Shown: positions 1 through 10,319, counted from the stretch's first letter. The stretch: DNA of 64,000 nt from an uncultured Thermotogae bacterium (GCA_964608345.1 CAZSNG010000006.1:1317-65316); one strand, 5' to 3'. Notes: a model not told the origin generated them from the sequence alone. Numbers and translations are program-made.

Positions 1-431
1 ATCTGCCCGCGGAGCTGTTTGACCTTCTCGGAGCATTCGGCGGTGGCGCGCTCAACGGTGGCCCGCGCCTCCTCGATCGTGTCCATCAGGACGAGCGCCT
101 CGTCCTCCATCGTGGAGATCCGCCGTCGTTCGCTGATGATCTTCGCCCGCAGATCCTCCATCTCCTTGAAGGAGATGATCCCCGTGTCGAGGCGCACCTG
201 GTATTGGCGGATGTTCTCGTCGAGCTCGTCGACCTCGAGGTTCCGCATCCGGCTGTCGTGCTCGAACCCCGAGAGCTGCTCGCGCAGCTTGGCTACCGCC
301 GCCTCTTCGACGACGATTCGATCCTCGGTCTGTTTCTGCTGGGCGAGAAGCCGATCGATTCGCGCCGACAGTTCGTGAAGCTGCGCATCGATCGCCTGCA
401 GGTCGAGAAGCTGTGTGATTTCGGCCAGCAC
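1..431 (-). CDS. Coiled-coil protein, probably the C4 zinc-ribbon/DUF164 (HP0958/CT398-like) family; 3' end runs off the window
   Basis: Not in the ORF track; my translation from GTG at 431 gives MLAEITQLLDLQAIDAQL...KEMEDLRAKIISERRRISTMEDEALVLMDTIEE, matching the family N-terminus (L..LQ.ID) and coiled coil. G-rich RBS upstream. The zinc ribbon itself lies outside the window. Confidence 0.7.
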   Translation of the reverse strand, partial: MLAEITQLLDLQAIDAQLHELSARIDRLLAQQKQTEDRIVVEEAAVAKLREQLSGFEHDSRMRNLEVDELDENIRQYQVRLDTGIISFKEMEDLRAKIISERRRISTMEDEALVLMDTIEEARATVERATAECSEKVKQLRGQ

Positions 432-512
432 GGTCCCCCCCACGCCGAATCGCGGTTTGAATCGACTATACGGGCCGGCGTAGGGTGCTTCAAGTCGGAG
501 AGCCGTGCCGGG

Positions 513-839
513 CTATCCCGGGAAGCCGCCCGGGAGATTGAGGCCTTGGGCGAGCGGTCCCAGCTTCTCCTGCGCCGTCTGCTTCGCGTTCGCTTGCGCC
601 TCCTGAACGGCGGCGATGATCAGGTCGGCGAGCATCTCGACGTCCTCGGGGTCGACGACCTCGCGCTCGATCTTCAGATTCGCCAAGTCGCCCTGGCCGG
701 AGACGGTCGCCGTCACCATGCCGCCGCCGGCAGTCGCCTCGATTCGCATCTCGGCGATCTCGGCCTGGGTGCGCTCCATCTCCTCCTGAAGCCGCTTGGC
801 CTGTTTCATCAGATTCCCGAACCCGCCAGTCCCCTTCAC
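513..839 (-). CDS. ybaB: YbaB/EbfC nucleoid-associated protein
   Basis: NLMKQAKRLQEEM, AGGGMVTATVSG, DVEMLADLIIAA motifs; canonical position after dnaX; GTG at 839 overlaps the dnaX stop (GTGA). Confidence 0.95.
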   Translation of the reverse strand: MKGTGGFGNLMKQAKRLQEEMERTQAEIAEMRIEATAGGGMVTATVSGQGDLANLKIEREVVDPEDVEMLADLIIAAVQEAQANAKQTAQEKLGPLAQGLNLPGGFPG

Positions 840-2464
840 AGCTCCTCCTTCACGATCTTCCCGTCGAAGGCCTTGCACACCATGCGGGCCTTCTCCTGAA
901 GGACCTCGTGGGGCAACGGCTTGCGAACAACGTCATCGTCGATCTCCACCTCGACGTGAATCTCGTCGCCGAAGTGCCGACGGACGACACCGGCCAGGTA
1001 CTGCATGTTGTCGCGCTTCTCGATGCTGTCCTTGTGGAACGAATGCTCCGGGTGAAACGAGATCAGCAGCTTCGTTCCGGAGAGGCTCGGCCTCCCCTCG
1101 ATCAGGAACGCCGCGATGGCGATTCGATCCTGTTCGATCTCACGGAGTAGTGCGTCCCAAGTTCCCTCGAAGGCCTCCGGAAGGGGCGGCCTTGCTTCCG
1201 CTCGTGCCACGTCGTCGGCGCTCGGTGTCTGGACGGCCTCCTCCGGTGGTGGGGTCTGCTCCACGCGAGGCGAAGCCGCCGGGGCATCGACGGATGTGCC
1301 TTCGTCGGCGAGCACAGTTCCGGGCTCGCTTGCGGGGGTGGGGGCCGGCTGCGCAGGGGATGTCGGCCGATCGGCCGATGGCTCCCGCTCCGGGAGCGCG
1401 GCCGCGGCTGGGCGCTCGGGAGAACCGGGAGATGCCGGAAGCGAAGCCAGCAGGTCGAGCAGTCCGATCTCGAGGTGGATCCGGCGATCGAGCGAGCGGA
1501 ACAGGTCGCTCTTGATCGCGAGGAGATGGCGGGCGATCTCGATGTCGGCATCCGCGGTGGGCGAGCCGTCGGCGAGTCGGTCGCGCAGGATGTGGATGAC
1601 ATCGGAGAGGAAGATCTCCAGATCCTTCCCGCGGTCGACGAGCCGCTCGATCGTTTCGATCACCGACTCCCGATCCCGGGTCCTGACGGCGTCGATGAAC
1701 GCCTCCTGCGTCTGCCGCTCGACGAGCCCAAGCATGTCGAGGACGGCCTCGCCGGTGATCTCGGCTCCGCCGTAGCTCATTGCCTGCTCGAGCATGACGA
1801 GGGCGTCGCGCATGCCTCCGCTGGCGCGGTGGGCGAGAAGCGTGACGGCCTCGGGCGACAGTCTGACGTCCTCGGACTGGGCGACGCGCACGAGGTGCTC
1901 TTCGATTTGCGCAGGGGGAATCTGGCGGAACTCGAACGCCTGACAGCGGGAGACGATGGTTCGCGGGACCTTGTACGGCTCCGTCGTGGCGAAGATGAAC
2001 ATCGCGTGGGGTGGCGGCTCTTCCAGCGTCTTCAGGAGGGCGTTGAACGCCTCGTTGGTGAGCATGTGCACTTCGTCGATGATGTAGACCTTCCGCTTCA
2101 GATCCGTCGGCGCGAACCCGACCTCTTCGCGGAGCCGGCGGATGTGATCGATCCCGCGATTCGATGCGCCATCGATCTCGACGATGTCCAGCGACCGCGT
2201 CGCGAGGATCGTCGAGCAGTTCCCGCACTCGTTGCACGGCTCACCGGCATCCGGCTGCAGGCAATTCACGGCGCGTGCGAGGATGCGCGCGATCGACGTC
2301 TTCCCGATGCCTCGTTCTCCGGCGAACAGATACGCGTGTGCCACAGCCCCGGAGGAAACTGCGTTTCGTAGCGTCCGAACGATCTCCTCCTGGCCGATGA
2401 CGTCCCCGAAGCGCTGAGGTCGCCAGCGGCGATAGATGGAGACGCTGTCTGACGGCTTGTTCAC
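836..2464 (-). CDS. dnaX: DNA polymerase III subunit gamma/tau
   Basis: IYRRWRPQRF, Walker A GERGIGKTS, zinc module C..EPCNECGNC, EIDGASNRGID, IIDEVHML, NALLKTLEEPP. Start placed at GTG 2464 (GAGGG RBS 5 nt upstream); 2476 is the alternative. Confidence 0.97.
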   Translation of the reverse strand: MNKPSDSVSIYRRWRPQRFGDVIGQEEIVRTLRNAVSSGAVAHAYLFAGERGIGKTSIARILARAVNCLQPDAGEPCNECGNCSTILATRSLDIVEIDGASNRGIDHIRRLREEVGFAPTDLKRKVYIIDEVHMLTNEAFNALLKTLEEPPPHAMFIFATTEPYKVPRTIVSRCQAFEFRQIPPAQIEEHLVRVAQSEDVRLSPEAVTLLAHRASGGMRDALVMLEQAMSYGGAEITGEAVLDMLGLVERQTQEAFIDAVRTRDRESVIETIERLVDRGKDLEIFLSDVIHILRDRLADGSPTADADIEIARHLLAIKSDLFRSLDRRIHLEIGLLDLLASLPASPGSPERPAAAALPEREPSADRPTSPAQPAPTPASEPGTVLADEGTSVDAPAASPRVEQTPPPEEAVQTPSADDVARAEARPPLPEAFEGTWDALLREIEQDRIAIAAFLIEGRPSLSGTKLLISFHPEHSFHKDSIEKRDNMQYLAGVVRRHFGDEIHVEVEIDDDVVRKPLPHEVLQEKARMVCKAFDGKIVKEEL

Positions 2465-2481
2465 GGTGGCCCTCACTTCCC

Positions 2482-2558
2482 TGGTCGGGGAGACTGGATT
2501 TGAACCAGCGACTTCCTGCTCCCAAAGCAGGCGCGCTACCAGGCTGCGCCACTCCCCG
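2482..2558 (-). tRNA. tRNA-Pro (anticodon TGG), CCA encoded
   Basis: Reverse complement CGGGGAGTGGCGCAGCCTGGTAGCGCG CCTGC TT TGG GA GCAGG AAGTCGCTGGTTCAAATCCAGTCTCCCCGACCA folds as a cloverleaf with TTCAA T-loop. Confidence 0.97.
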
Positions 2559-2571
2559 CGGCGGCGTGGTC

Positions 2572-2600
2572 ATTATAGGTAGGCCCGCGAGGCCGATCAA
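2572..2600 (-). promoter_or_regulatory. Sigma70-type promoter for tRNA-Pro/dnaX
   Basis: TTGATC-N17-TATAAT on the minus strand, ending 13 nt before the tRNA 5' end. Confidence 0.85.
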
Positions 2601-2643
2601 TCGGGTGATCCGGCTGCGGCGCACAATGCAGGCGGAAACCGGA

Positions 2644-5130
2644 TCAGCGGCCCCGCCACGTCCTCATCGGCAGCTTTCGGACGATCAGGTCGAGCAGGAA
2701 GACGGCGAGCGCGGCAAGCAGGAGCGGAACGTGCAACGGATCATACTCGGTGGAGGTTCCGCCGGTCACGACGGGCAGATCCTCTGCGTTGCCGAGCATC
2801 GAACCCCTGGTTGCCTGGACGATCCGCTCGATCGCGGCGAGGTCCGATCCCAGGTTCCTGAGCTCGTCCGGATACGGGATGGTCAGCGGGATCGTGACGG
2901 AGCGTTGCCGAGTGTTGTCGATCAAGTGAAGCGCGTACCCGCCCTCCGCCGGCGTGGGGAACGTCGCGACGTATAGCCCGGGACCGCGCTGGTCGAGATC
3001 GAGGGTTGCTCCGTCAGGGAGCAGTTCAACCTCGAGGTCGAGGAAGTTGGCGAACGCGCCCGCCTCGTACGCATCGACAAGCAGTTCGGTCGTCTCGGGG
3101 CCTTCGACGATCGTCGGCGACAGGCCGATCGTCGACGTGAGGTACGGCTCGGTCGTGGCGAGGACATCGTCGAACAACGCGGAGAGGCCGGGCCACGCGA
3201 GCCATGCTTCGGAGCCGAGGCCCGCCAGATCGGTGTTCAGGACGGTTACGGCGCCAAGACCCAGGCGCCAGGTACTGACGACCGGGTCCTCTGAGACCCA
3301 GAGGGACGTGTCGGCGCTCGGTTTCGGATACGTCAGCACGTATCCGTCGAGCGGCGGGACATCCGGGATTGCCAGCTGATCGCGAAGCCGACCGTCCACA
3401 TCGGCGGGACCGTCGATGAACCGCCGCCGGCTGATGCGCTGCGTTGCCTGAATCGAGATTTGCGGAAGCAATGAGAAGTCATCGGCGCGGTAGAGGGTGC
3501 CTCCGCCAGCCTCGACGAGCGCGCTGAGAAGGCCGACGTTCATCGTCCGCCCAACGCCGATGGCCGAGAGGGTGACGTCGTCCAATCCCTGCAGGCGCCG
3601 GACGAGCCCGGCGTAGTTTCGTGGTTCGTCGACGGTCTTCCCATCGCTGATCAGCAGGATGTGTTTTGCCGGGACCTCGATCTCCTCGAGGCGATCGAGC
3701 GCTTCGACGATCGGGTAGTAGACGTCGGTTCCGCCGATCGCCTCCAGCTCGCGCAATGCGTAGTACAGCTCGGACGACTCGACCGGAGAGACCGGGACGA
3801 TCCAGTCTTGGTCGAGATTGAACGCGAGGATCCCGACGTGGGTCGTGGCATCGAGGAGGGCGGCGCTCGCGGCCGCAGCTTCCTTGAGAATCTCGATCTT
3901 CTCTACACCGCCGACCCTCGAACGCATGCTGGACGAGCGGTCGAGCACGTAGACGAGTGCCAACTGCGCTTCTCGCGACTTCTCGGGTAGGGTGTAGGAG
4001 ACGGGGAGCAATTCCTCGATTCCGCCGGCGCTGATCCCTCGCACCTCCTCTTCGCCTTCGATGACGAGGAGTCCGCCGCCGAGGTTGCGCACGAACGAGT
4101 CGATCGCGTCCAACTCGTCGACGGTCAGGGTCGCGAACGACAAGCCGGTCAGGATGAGTTGGCGATAGGTCGACAGGATCTCGAGCGACGGGATCGTCGC
4201 GGACGCCGTGAAGTCCACATCGAGCGACTCGAGGAGCCCGGGAACTGCCGTGCGACCGAGAGGGTCGACGACGAGAACGGACGGATGCTCGGTTGCCGTG
4301 ACCAACAGCGAGAGAGCGTCGTTGTCGGGAATCGGATCGTCCTGGGCCTTGACGATCGCCTGATACGTGTGAGCGACCGGCTCGGCGAACCGATCGTCGA
4401 CCGAGAAGCGCGTGTGTCCCTGTTGAAGCGTGATCTCATCGAACGTGACGAGATCGTCGTCGCGGTAGACCACGAGCGTGGCGTCGACGGATCGTGCGGA
4501 GACGATCTCGAGATCGATCGAGAAGGACCTCCCCACCGAGACCTGGCTCGGCCCGTGCATCGAGATGAGTGTGACGTCTGCGGGCGGCGGTGCTCCGACC
4601 GGTACGACCGAGATCGGGACCCCCGCCGTCTGCGATGCGCCGGCGGCGACGTCGGGATCGTCGGTGAAGCGGCCGTCGGTGATCAAGACGAACTGGTTCG
4701 CCGCACCTTCGGGCAGGACGGACAGGCCGAGCGAGACGGCGGCGTTGAGGTTCGTTGACGTGCGATCGAGCTCCGCCACGCCGAGGGGGATGGCGGACGA
4801 GCCGAGCGGGACGGCAAGCGACGCGGTCCTCGCGAACTCGATCGTGGCGAAGGTCGAGGCCGGGTACGCGGAGAGAAGCCGTTGGATCGCTTCTCGCGTC
4901 GAGTCATCCTCCGAGGTGAGGATGACGCTCGCCGAGCGATCGACGAGGAAGACGATGTTGTGTTCCTCCTTGACGCGGGCGACACGAGGGCCGGCGAGGG
5001 CGAGCACGACGAGCAGCAGCGCGATGGCTCGAAGAAGGGGGCGGCGCCTCTGCCGGATGGACAGCCAGACGAGCGCGGCGGCAATCGGCAGCGCGAAGAG
5101 CAGCAAGTACGGCGTCGCCAGCTGGATCAT
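2644..5130 (-). CDS. Membrane-anchored protein with two vWA domains and a central class-I GATase-like domain
   Basis: MIDAS motifs LVDRSAS and VLDRSSS, LITDG/LISDG, GGGLLVIEG..., LLPV; N- and C-terminal hydrophobic helices. Confidence 0.85.
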   Translation of the reverse strand: MIQLATPYLLLFALPIAAALVWLSIRQRRRPLLRAIALLLVVLALAGPRVARVKEEHNIVFLVDRSASVILTSEDDSTREAIQRLLSAYPASTFATIEFARTASLAVPLGSSAIPLGVAELDRTSTNLNAAVSLGLSVLPEGAANQFVLITDGRFTDDPDVAAGASQTAGVPISVVPVGAPPPADVTLISMHGPSQVSVGRSFSIDLEIVSARSVDATLVVYRDDDLVTFDEITLQQGHTRFSVDDRFAEPVAHTYQAIVKAQDDPIPDNDALSLLVTATEHPSVLVVDPLGRTAVPGLLESLDVDFTASATIPSLEILSTYRQLILTGLSFATLTVDELDAIDSFVRNLGGGLLVIEGEEEVRGISAGGIEELLPVSYTLPEKSREAQLALVYVLDRSSSMRSRVGGVEKIEILKEAAAASAALLDATTHVGILAFNLDQDWIVPVSPVESSELYYALRELEAIGGTDVYYPIVEALDRLEEIEVPAKHILLISDGKTVDEPRNYAGLVRRLQGLDDVTLSAIGVGRTMNVGLLSALVEAGGGTLYRADDFSLLPQISIQATQRISRRRFIDGPADVDGRLRDQLAIPDVPPLDGYVLTYPKPSADTSLWVSEDPVVSTWRLGLGAVTVLNTDLAGLGSEAWLAWPGLSALFDDVLATTEPYLTSTIGLSPTIVEGPETTELLVDAYEAGAFANFLDLEVELLPDGATLDLDQRGPGLYVATFPTPAEGGYALHLIDNTRQRSVTIPLTIPYPDELRNLGSDLAAIERIVQATRGSMLGNAEDLPVVTGGTSTEYDPLHVPLLLAALAVFLLDLIVRKLPMRTWRGR

Positions 5131-6905
5131 GGGGTCCTCCTCATCAGCCGCCGCCGGCCGGCGTGCAAGTACGCTTCCGCAAACAGCAGGACGATCGCCA
5201 GCCCCGCGGCGATCGGCCAGAGCGAGAGGAAGCGGACGGCGCTTCGTCCGTCCGTTCCCGCAGCAGAGTCTTCGCCGGTCGGTACCAGGAGCGCCGATTC
5301 CGCGGCGGGGACGTTGACGGCGATCGCGAAGGCGCCGCGGTCCGTGACGAGCGTGTGGAAGCCCGGCATGGTCGGCTGGAAGGTTGAGAGGCCGATCGGA
5401 ACGCTGATCGGGGCCTCCTGGGCGTCGTACAGCGCTTCGACCGTACCGCGGCCGGCCAGCGAGACCGCTTCGCCGACCTCGGCCGAGCGATATGACAGGT
5501 CGGAGGGCAGGCGAACCAGTCCCGAGAGGACGTTGCGGATCAACAGCGGGAAGTCGATGGTGATCGGCAGGTTGGTGTCGAGGATGTTCGGCGCGAGGTA
5601 GGTGACAGTGCGCGACTCGTCCTCGAACGTGACGAGGAGCGGGACGCCGTCGGACTCCAGAATGACCTGGGCGGACGACGGGAGCGACGCGGTCGGTGCC
5701 TCGCGGATGCGGAACGTCGTCGGGTCGACTCCGAGGAGGAGCGAATGATCCGGACGAGAGATGGCGATCTGCGGCGTTGGGAGCGACTCGCCCTGCTCCA
5801 GGAGGCCGTCGATGCCGCCGTGAACCAGCAAGATCGTGCCGGTCAGAGAGGACGGTGCGCGGGCGGCATGAACGATCGTGAGATCCGCCGCCTGCGGGGA
5901 GTCGACGAGGCGAATCGGAACGACGGCACGCAGCGCGGCCATCAGGTAGCGATTCTCCGTCCCGACCCAGTGGATCCGAACGTCGATCGGGCGATCGAGG
6001 GAGAAGAAGCGGAGGTTGTCTGCAGGGAACGCATCTCCCGGTTCGATCGACGCCGTGAACAGCGAGCCCCGGGAGTTCGGGAACTGAATCACGAACGTGT
6101 CGGCCGCCCCGGGCTCCAGGAGGACGCTGAGGGTGGTCTGGTTCTCGCGGTCGTCGATGCGGATCGTCACATCCTGATAGGAATCGCTGTCATTCAGCAC
6201 GGACGCCAGCGCGCTCACGCCTGCGCTCTCGGGGTTCTCGCGAACGGAGAAGCCGGTCACCGCGAGGTTGTCCTCGCCACCGACGAGGACCGACTCGAAC
6301 GAAGCGGGCAGGTCGGCGAACGCATGATCGGAAAGGACGACGACGCGCTCGAACTGCGAAGTCCCTCCGATGCTGCCGAGCAGGGCAAGAAGCATGTCCG
6401 GAGTTCCGTCGCCGTTCCAGGTGGGCTCGGAGCGAAGCAGCGCGGTCTGGAGATCGGCGCGGCCGTGCTCGGGCCTGGCGAGGATCTCCGGGTGGGTCGA
6501 GAGCTGGATCAGAGCGGTCGCCGCGGATGAGTAGCGGTCGAGAAGGTCGCGGGCTTCTTCGATCGCCCGTTCGTAGCGAGTCGTTCCATCCTCGGTGACC
6601 GTGCGCATGCTCGCGCTGCCGTCGAGGATCACGGCCAGGCCGGAGATGGACGTTGTGCGCGTTCGCAATGCAGGCTGCGCGAGGGCGGTCGACAGGGCGA
6701 CGAGGACTGCGATCTGGAGGAGGATGAGCGGATCGAGCTGCTGGCGGATCCGCGCCGCTCGGGACTGCGGATCGCCCGGCAACCCTTCCCAGAGGAAGAG
6801 CGCCGAGACCTCGCGCCGACGTTCACGCGCTCGCAGGAAGTGCAGCAGGAGGATCAGAAGCGACGCGAACAGGAGGTAGAAGGCGGACGGGTTCAGGAGC
6901 GTCAT
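5127..6905 (-). CDS. BatA-type N-terminal domain plus vWA membrane protein
   Basis: LLLHFLR...VSALFLW and ALSTALAQP (BatA signature), VILDGSASM (MIDAS), C-terminal TM with LLFAEAYL. Confidence 0.85.
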   Translation of the reverse strand: MTLLNPSAFYLLFASLLILLLHFLRARERRREVSALFLWEGLPGDPQSRAARIRQQLDPLILLQIAVLVALSTALAQPALRTRTTSISGLAVILDGSASMRTVTEDGTTRYERAIEEARDLLDRYSSAATALIQLSTHPEILARPEHGRADLQTALLRSEPTWNGDGTPDMLLALLGSIGGTSQFERVVVLSDHAFADLPASFESVLVGGEDNLAVTGFSVRENPESAGVSALASVLNDSDSYQDVTIRIDDRENQTTLSVLLEPGAADTFVIQFPNSRGSLFTASIEPGDAFPADNLRFFSLDRPIDVRIHWVGTENRYLMAALRAVVPIRLVDSPQAADLTIVHAARAPSSLTGTILLVHGGIDGLLEQGESLPTPQIAISRPDHSLLLGVDPTTFRIREAPTASLPSSAQVILESDGVPLLVTFEDESRTVTYLAPNILDTNLPITIDFPLLIRNVLSGLVRLPSDLSYRSAEVGEAVSLAGRGTVEALYDAQEAPISVPIGLSTFQPTMPGFHTLVTDRGAFAIAVNVPAAESALLVPTGEDSAAGTDGRSAVRFLSLWPIAAGLAIVLLFAEAYLHAGRRRLMRRTP

Positions 6906-7783
6906 CGGAGGATCCCTCCGTGGCGGAGATCCTCGTGCAGGAATCGCTCGATGGGGACGTCCGTCGTCGTCTGGAAGTACGGGATCCCGCGCTCGAACGA
7001 GAAGGCGCGAAGCCGTTCCCGGTTTGCCCGGATCCGCTCGGCGTACTCGTCGAGCGTCCGCTGCCCGATCGTGAGCGTGACGTGCTGGGACGACTCGACA
7101 TCAACGAGCCGCGTCGCGCCCGCGCTGTGCGGGACGACGTCATCGGGGTCGAGGATCTGTAGGAGGATCACCTCGTCGCCCCGATGGACGAGCCGCGCCA
7201 GACCGTCCTCGAAGTCGACGCCGGAGGCGAGGAAGTCGCTGATGAGGATCGTCAGCCCGCTCTCGTGCGTCTGGGCGAGGAACTCGAGTACCGCGGCATT
7301 GATCGACGTGCGCCCTCCCGGCTCGATGTCGTGGAGCAAACGAAGGACTCTCCCCATCTGGCCCATCCCGTGGCGCACGGACAGGCCGGGAATCAGCTGG
7401 TCGTTGAACGGGTACAGCCCGACGCGATCGAGGCCGCGGAGACCGAGGTAAGCCATCGCCGCGGCGAGGTGGGCGGCGTAGTACGCCTTGCTTGGAACGC
7501 CGATGCGCATCGAGGCGCTGAAGTCAAGCAGCAGGTAGACGGGCAGATCTGCCTCGTGCACGTATGTCTTCACCAACAGCCGGTCGAGCCTGCCGAACAC
7601 GTTCCAGTCGATCGTGCGGAAGTCATCGCCCGGCGTGTACGCGCGGTAGTCGGCAAACTCGAGGCTGACGCCGGCCCTCGGGGAGGCATGGAGCCCGGCG
7701 AGATGCCCCTTCCTTCGTCCCTTAACGATGAAACGAAGGTTCGACAGGCGTCGCAAGAAGGCTTCGTCGATGAACGTCGGCAT
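6902..7783 (-). CDS. DUF58 (vWA-like) protein
   Basis: GVSLEFADYRAYTPGDDFRTIDWNVFGR, LLDFSASM, ILISDF; ATG at 7783 overlaps the MoxR TAA (TAATG). Confidence 0.93.
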   Translation of the reverse strand: MPTFIDEAFLRRLSNLRFIVKGRRKGHLAGLHASPRAGVSLEFADYRAYTPGDDFRTIDWNVFGRLDRLLVKTYVHEADLPVYLLLDFSASMRIGVPSKAYYAAHLAAAMAYLGLRGLDRVGLYPFNDQLIPGLSVRHGMGQMGRVLRLLHDIEPGGRTSINAAVLEFLAQTHESGLTILISDFLASGVDFEDGLARLVHRGDEVILLQILDPDDVVPHSAGATRLVDVESSQHVTLTIGQRTLDEYAERIRANRERLRAFSFERGIPYFQTTTDVPIERFLHEDLRHGGILR

Positions 7784-8769
7784 TATGTGTGGGCGGGGAC
7801 GTGCTCCCACACGTCATCCAGGAGCTCGTCGACTGTGACCCCTTCGGCTTCGCCCTTGAAGTTCAGGACGATGCGGTGCGTCAGCGCGCTGTGGAACAGC
7901 TCTTGGATGTCCTCGCGGCGCACGTTCACCTGGCCCGCGAGGAACGCATGGGCCTTGGCGCCGTTGATCAGCGCGAGGGCGGCCCGGGGGCTGGCCCCGT
8001 ATTCGACGTACTCCACGATTCTCGCAGGAGCGTGTTCCGTGTTCGGGTGGGTGGCGAGTAGGAGACGCGCAACGTACTCGCGCAACCCCTGGCCGATCGG
8101 GATCTCGCGGACGACCCGCCTCGCCGTCAGGATGTCTGCGGCGGTCGCCGTCGGCTCGGGCAGGCGGATCCCTTCTCCTTCGGTGTTCCGCTCGGTGATC
8201 GTGACGAGCTCATCGAGGGACGGGAAGCGAACGTTCGCCTTCAGAAGGAAACGGTCGATCTGGGCCTCGGGGAGGGGATACGTGCCCTCCATCTCGATCG
8301 GGTTCTGGGTCGCCAGGACGATGTACGGCTCCTCGAGCGGGTATGTGTGGATCCCGACGGTGACGGTTCTCTCCTCCATCGCCTCGAGCAGCGCGGACTG
8401 GGTTTTCGGGGTCGCGCGGTTGATCTCGTCGGCGAGGATCACGTTGGCGAAGACGGGACCTTGAGAGAACGAGAATCGCCGATGCCCCGACTCCTCGGTG
8501 ATGATGTCGGTCCCGACGATGTCGGCGGGCATGAGATCCGGCGTGAACTGGATCCGCGAGAACTTCAGCCCGAGCGATGCGGCGAGCGTCCTGACGAGCA
8601 GCGTCTTGCCGAGTCCGGGGACGCCCTCGAGGATCAGATTTCCCCGGCAAAGGAGCGCGATCAGGGCGGCGCGGACGATCTCGCCGTGGCCGACGATCAC
8701 CTCCTCGATCGATGCCGTCAAGCGCCCGAATACCGTTTGCGCTACCTCCAGGTCCCGTTCGGTGATCAT
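7783..8769 (-). CDS. moxR: MoxR-family AAA+ ATPase
   Basis: LEGVPGLGKT, RIQFTPDLMPAD, LADEINRATPKTQSALLE, ATQNPIEMEGTYPLPEAQIDRF. Confidence 0.96.
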   Translation of the reverse strand: MITERDLEVAQTVFGRLTASIEEVIVGHGEIVRAALIALLCRGNLILEGVPGLGKTLLVRTLAASLGLKFSRIQFTPDLMPADIVGTDIITEESGHRRFSFSQGPVFANVILADEINRATPKTQSALLEAMEERTVTVGIHTYPLEEPYIVLATQNPIEMEGTYPLPEAQIDRFLLKANVRFPSLDELVTITERNTEGEGIRLPEPTATAADILTARRVVREIPIGQGLREYVARLLLATHPNTEHAPARIVEYVEYGASPRAALALINGAKAHAFLAGQVNVRREDIQELFHSALTHRIVLNFKGEAEGVTVDELLDDVWEHVPAHT

Positions 8770-10319
8770 GCTCCTCCTTCTGAAATCGCGTTGAAGTAGT
8801 CTCGAACGATCTCGATGGCCCCCTCGGGCACACCGCGCTCTCTGAGAATCGAGTCAATCCGATCAAAGCGCACCCGAAACGATGCGGCTTCGGAGTCGGT
8901 GCCAGGCAGCACCTCGATCGGAACACCCTCGGTGACGAACTCGCTGACGAAGTCCCCTTCGGATCCTATTCTTCCCTGCTCCTCTTCGCGGATGAACCCG
9001 ACCTCTCGCTCTTCGCCCTCACCGGTCGGGCCGCCGGCGCCGGCGGTCCCACCGAACGGATCCGGATCCTCGAAGCCGCGCTCACCGGCGGTGTCGGACG
9101 GACCGCCGAGCGATTCCTCGCCGTCTCCCTCCGAGCCGTCGGACTGGTCTCCACCGCCCGGTCCGCCGGGACCCGCGCCTTCGGCGCCGGCCTCGTCAGG
9201 TGTCTGATTGAACTCGTCCATCATGTCTTCGAGGCTCTGCTGGTCTCCCGGCATGGCAGTGCTCTGGGGGAGCCCATCCCCGCCCTGAGACTCACTTCCG
9301 CGGTTCTCTTCGTCGCCGAACTGATCGAGCAGCTGCTCAACGATCTCCTCGACTGTCCGGGACGGCGGCGGATTCACGAGTTCGTTGAGCCCTTCCTGAA
9401 GGCCGGGAGGAATAGCACCTTGATCGAGTTCGCGCTGCAGGTTCTCGAGCTCTTCTTCGGTCAGTTGCGGCGGCAGTTCGGACTCCGGAGCGTTCTCGAG
9501 GCGCTCCTGGATGCTCTCGAGGAGCTGAGAGATGGCGCGCATCGCTTCGCCCTGGATCCGGGCCAGGTCTTCGATGCCTTCGGGGGAGATCGGTACCAGG
9601 ACGGCTTCGTCGGGCGTCATCCCGGCGAGATCGCGCATGACGTCGTCCAGCGTCTCGCCCCGGCTGGGTGTGTCGAGTCCCGGCAAGGTACCCCCAGCAG
9701 CCTCCGGCTCGGTCTTGAGTGTCGTTGGCGCATCCACTTCCCCGACCGCCGATGGAGCGGCCGTCTCCTCGGCGGAGATCGAACCGCTCGGCGCGAGGGA
9801 TCGCTCCTCCACCGCTTCGAACGGTGATACCTGGAGCGCCGGGAGCGGGACGAACGCGAGGCCGACGGCAAGTGCGACGCAGCAGAGGCCGGCTGAGCCA
9901 CCAAGGAGCGTGCGTCTCCCGACCGGGAGTGCGGACTCCCACACCTGGGTCGCGGGGCTCACTTCTTCCTCGAGCCGCGTGCGGAAGACCGTCGCACCGG
10001 CGCGCTGCCGAATCTCATACAGCGAACTGAGACGGGCTCCCAGCCCGAGGATGTCGTCGAGCTGCAGCAGCAAATGCGGCATGCGTGGGCGCTTCCGGCG
10101 CCCGACCAGATACGCGAGGCCGGCGGCCAGGAACGGAGGTGTCGCGAACGCGGCGAGTGCCCAGTACGGGAACGGAATGCGGAGAAGGCGAACGGCAACC
10201 ATCGCGGCGACGGCTGCGGCGGCCGTTCCGCCCATCGCGATGCTCGCGAACGAGAGGCCCCTCAGAGAGCGTGCCCTGGAGTCAACGGACTTGAGGAAGC
10301 GGGAGAAGTCAAACGGCAT
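8766..10319 (-). CDS. Membrane protein with long acidic Gly/Glu-rich cytoplasmic tail (DUF4175-like, typical of MoxR clusters)
   Basis: Three N-terminal hydrophobic helices, low-complexity acidic region, C-terminal VPEGAIEIVRDYF motif; start overlaps upstream stop region. Confidence 0.7.
   Translation of the reverse strand: MPFDFSRFLKSVDSRARSLRGLSFASIAMGGTAAAAVAAMVAVRLLRIPFPYWALAAFATPPFLAAGLAYLVGRRKRPRMPHLLLQLDDILGLGARLSSLYEIRQRAGATVFRTRLEEEVSPATQVWESALPVGRRTLLGGSAGLCCVALAVGLAFVPLPALQVSPFEAVEERSLAPSGSISAEETAAPSAVGEVDAPTTLKTEPEAAGGTLPGLDTPSRGETLDDVMRDLAGMTPDEAVLVPISPEGIEDLARIQGEAMRAISQLLESIQERLENAPESELPPQLTEEELENLQRELDQGAIPPGLQEGLNELVNPPPSRTVEEIVEQLLDQFGDEENRGSESQGGDGLPQSTAMPGDQQSLEDMMDEFNQTPDEAGAEGAGPGGPGGGDQSDGSEGDGEESLGGPSDTAGERGFEDPDPFGGTAGAGGPTGEGEEREVGFIREEEQGRIGSEGDFVSEFVTEGVPIEVLPGTDSEAASFRVRFDRIDSILRERGVPEGAIEIVRDYFNAISEGGA

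Noticed and set aside
836-2464. Programmed frameshift or slippage producing a gamma subunit from dnaX
   Set aside because: No A-AAA-AAG or long poly-A run seen on the coding strand.
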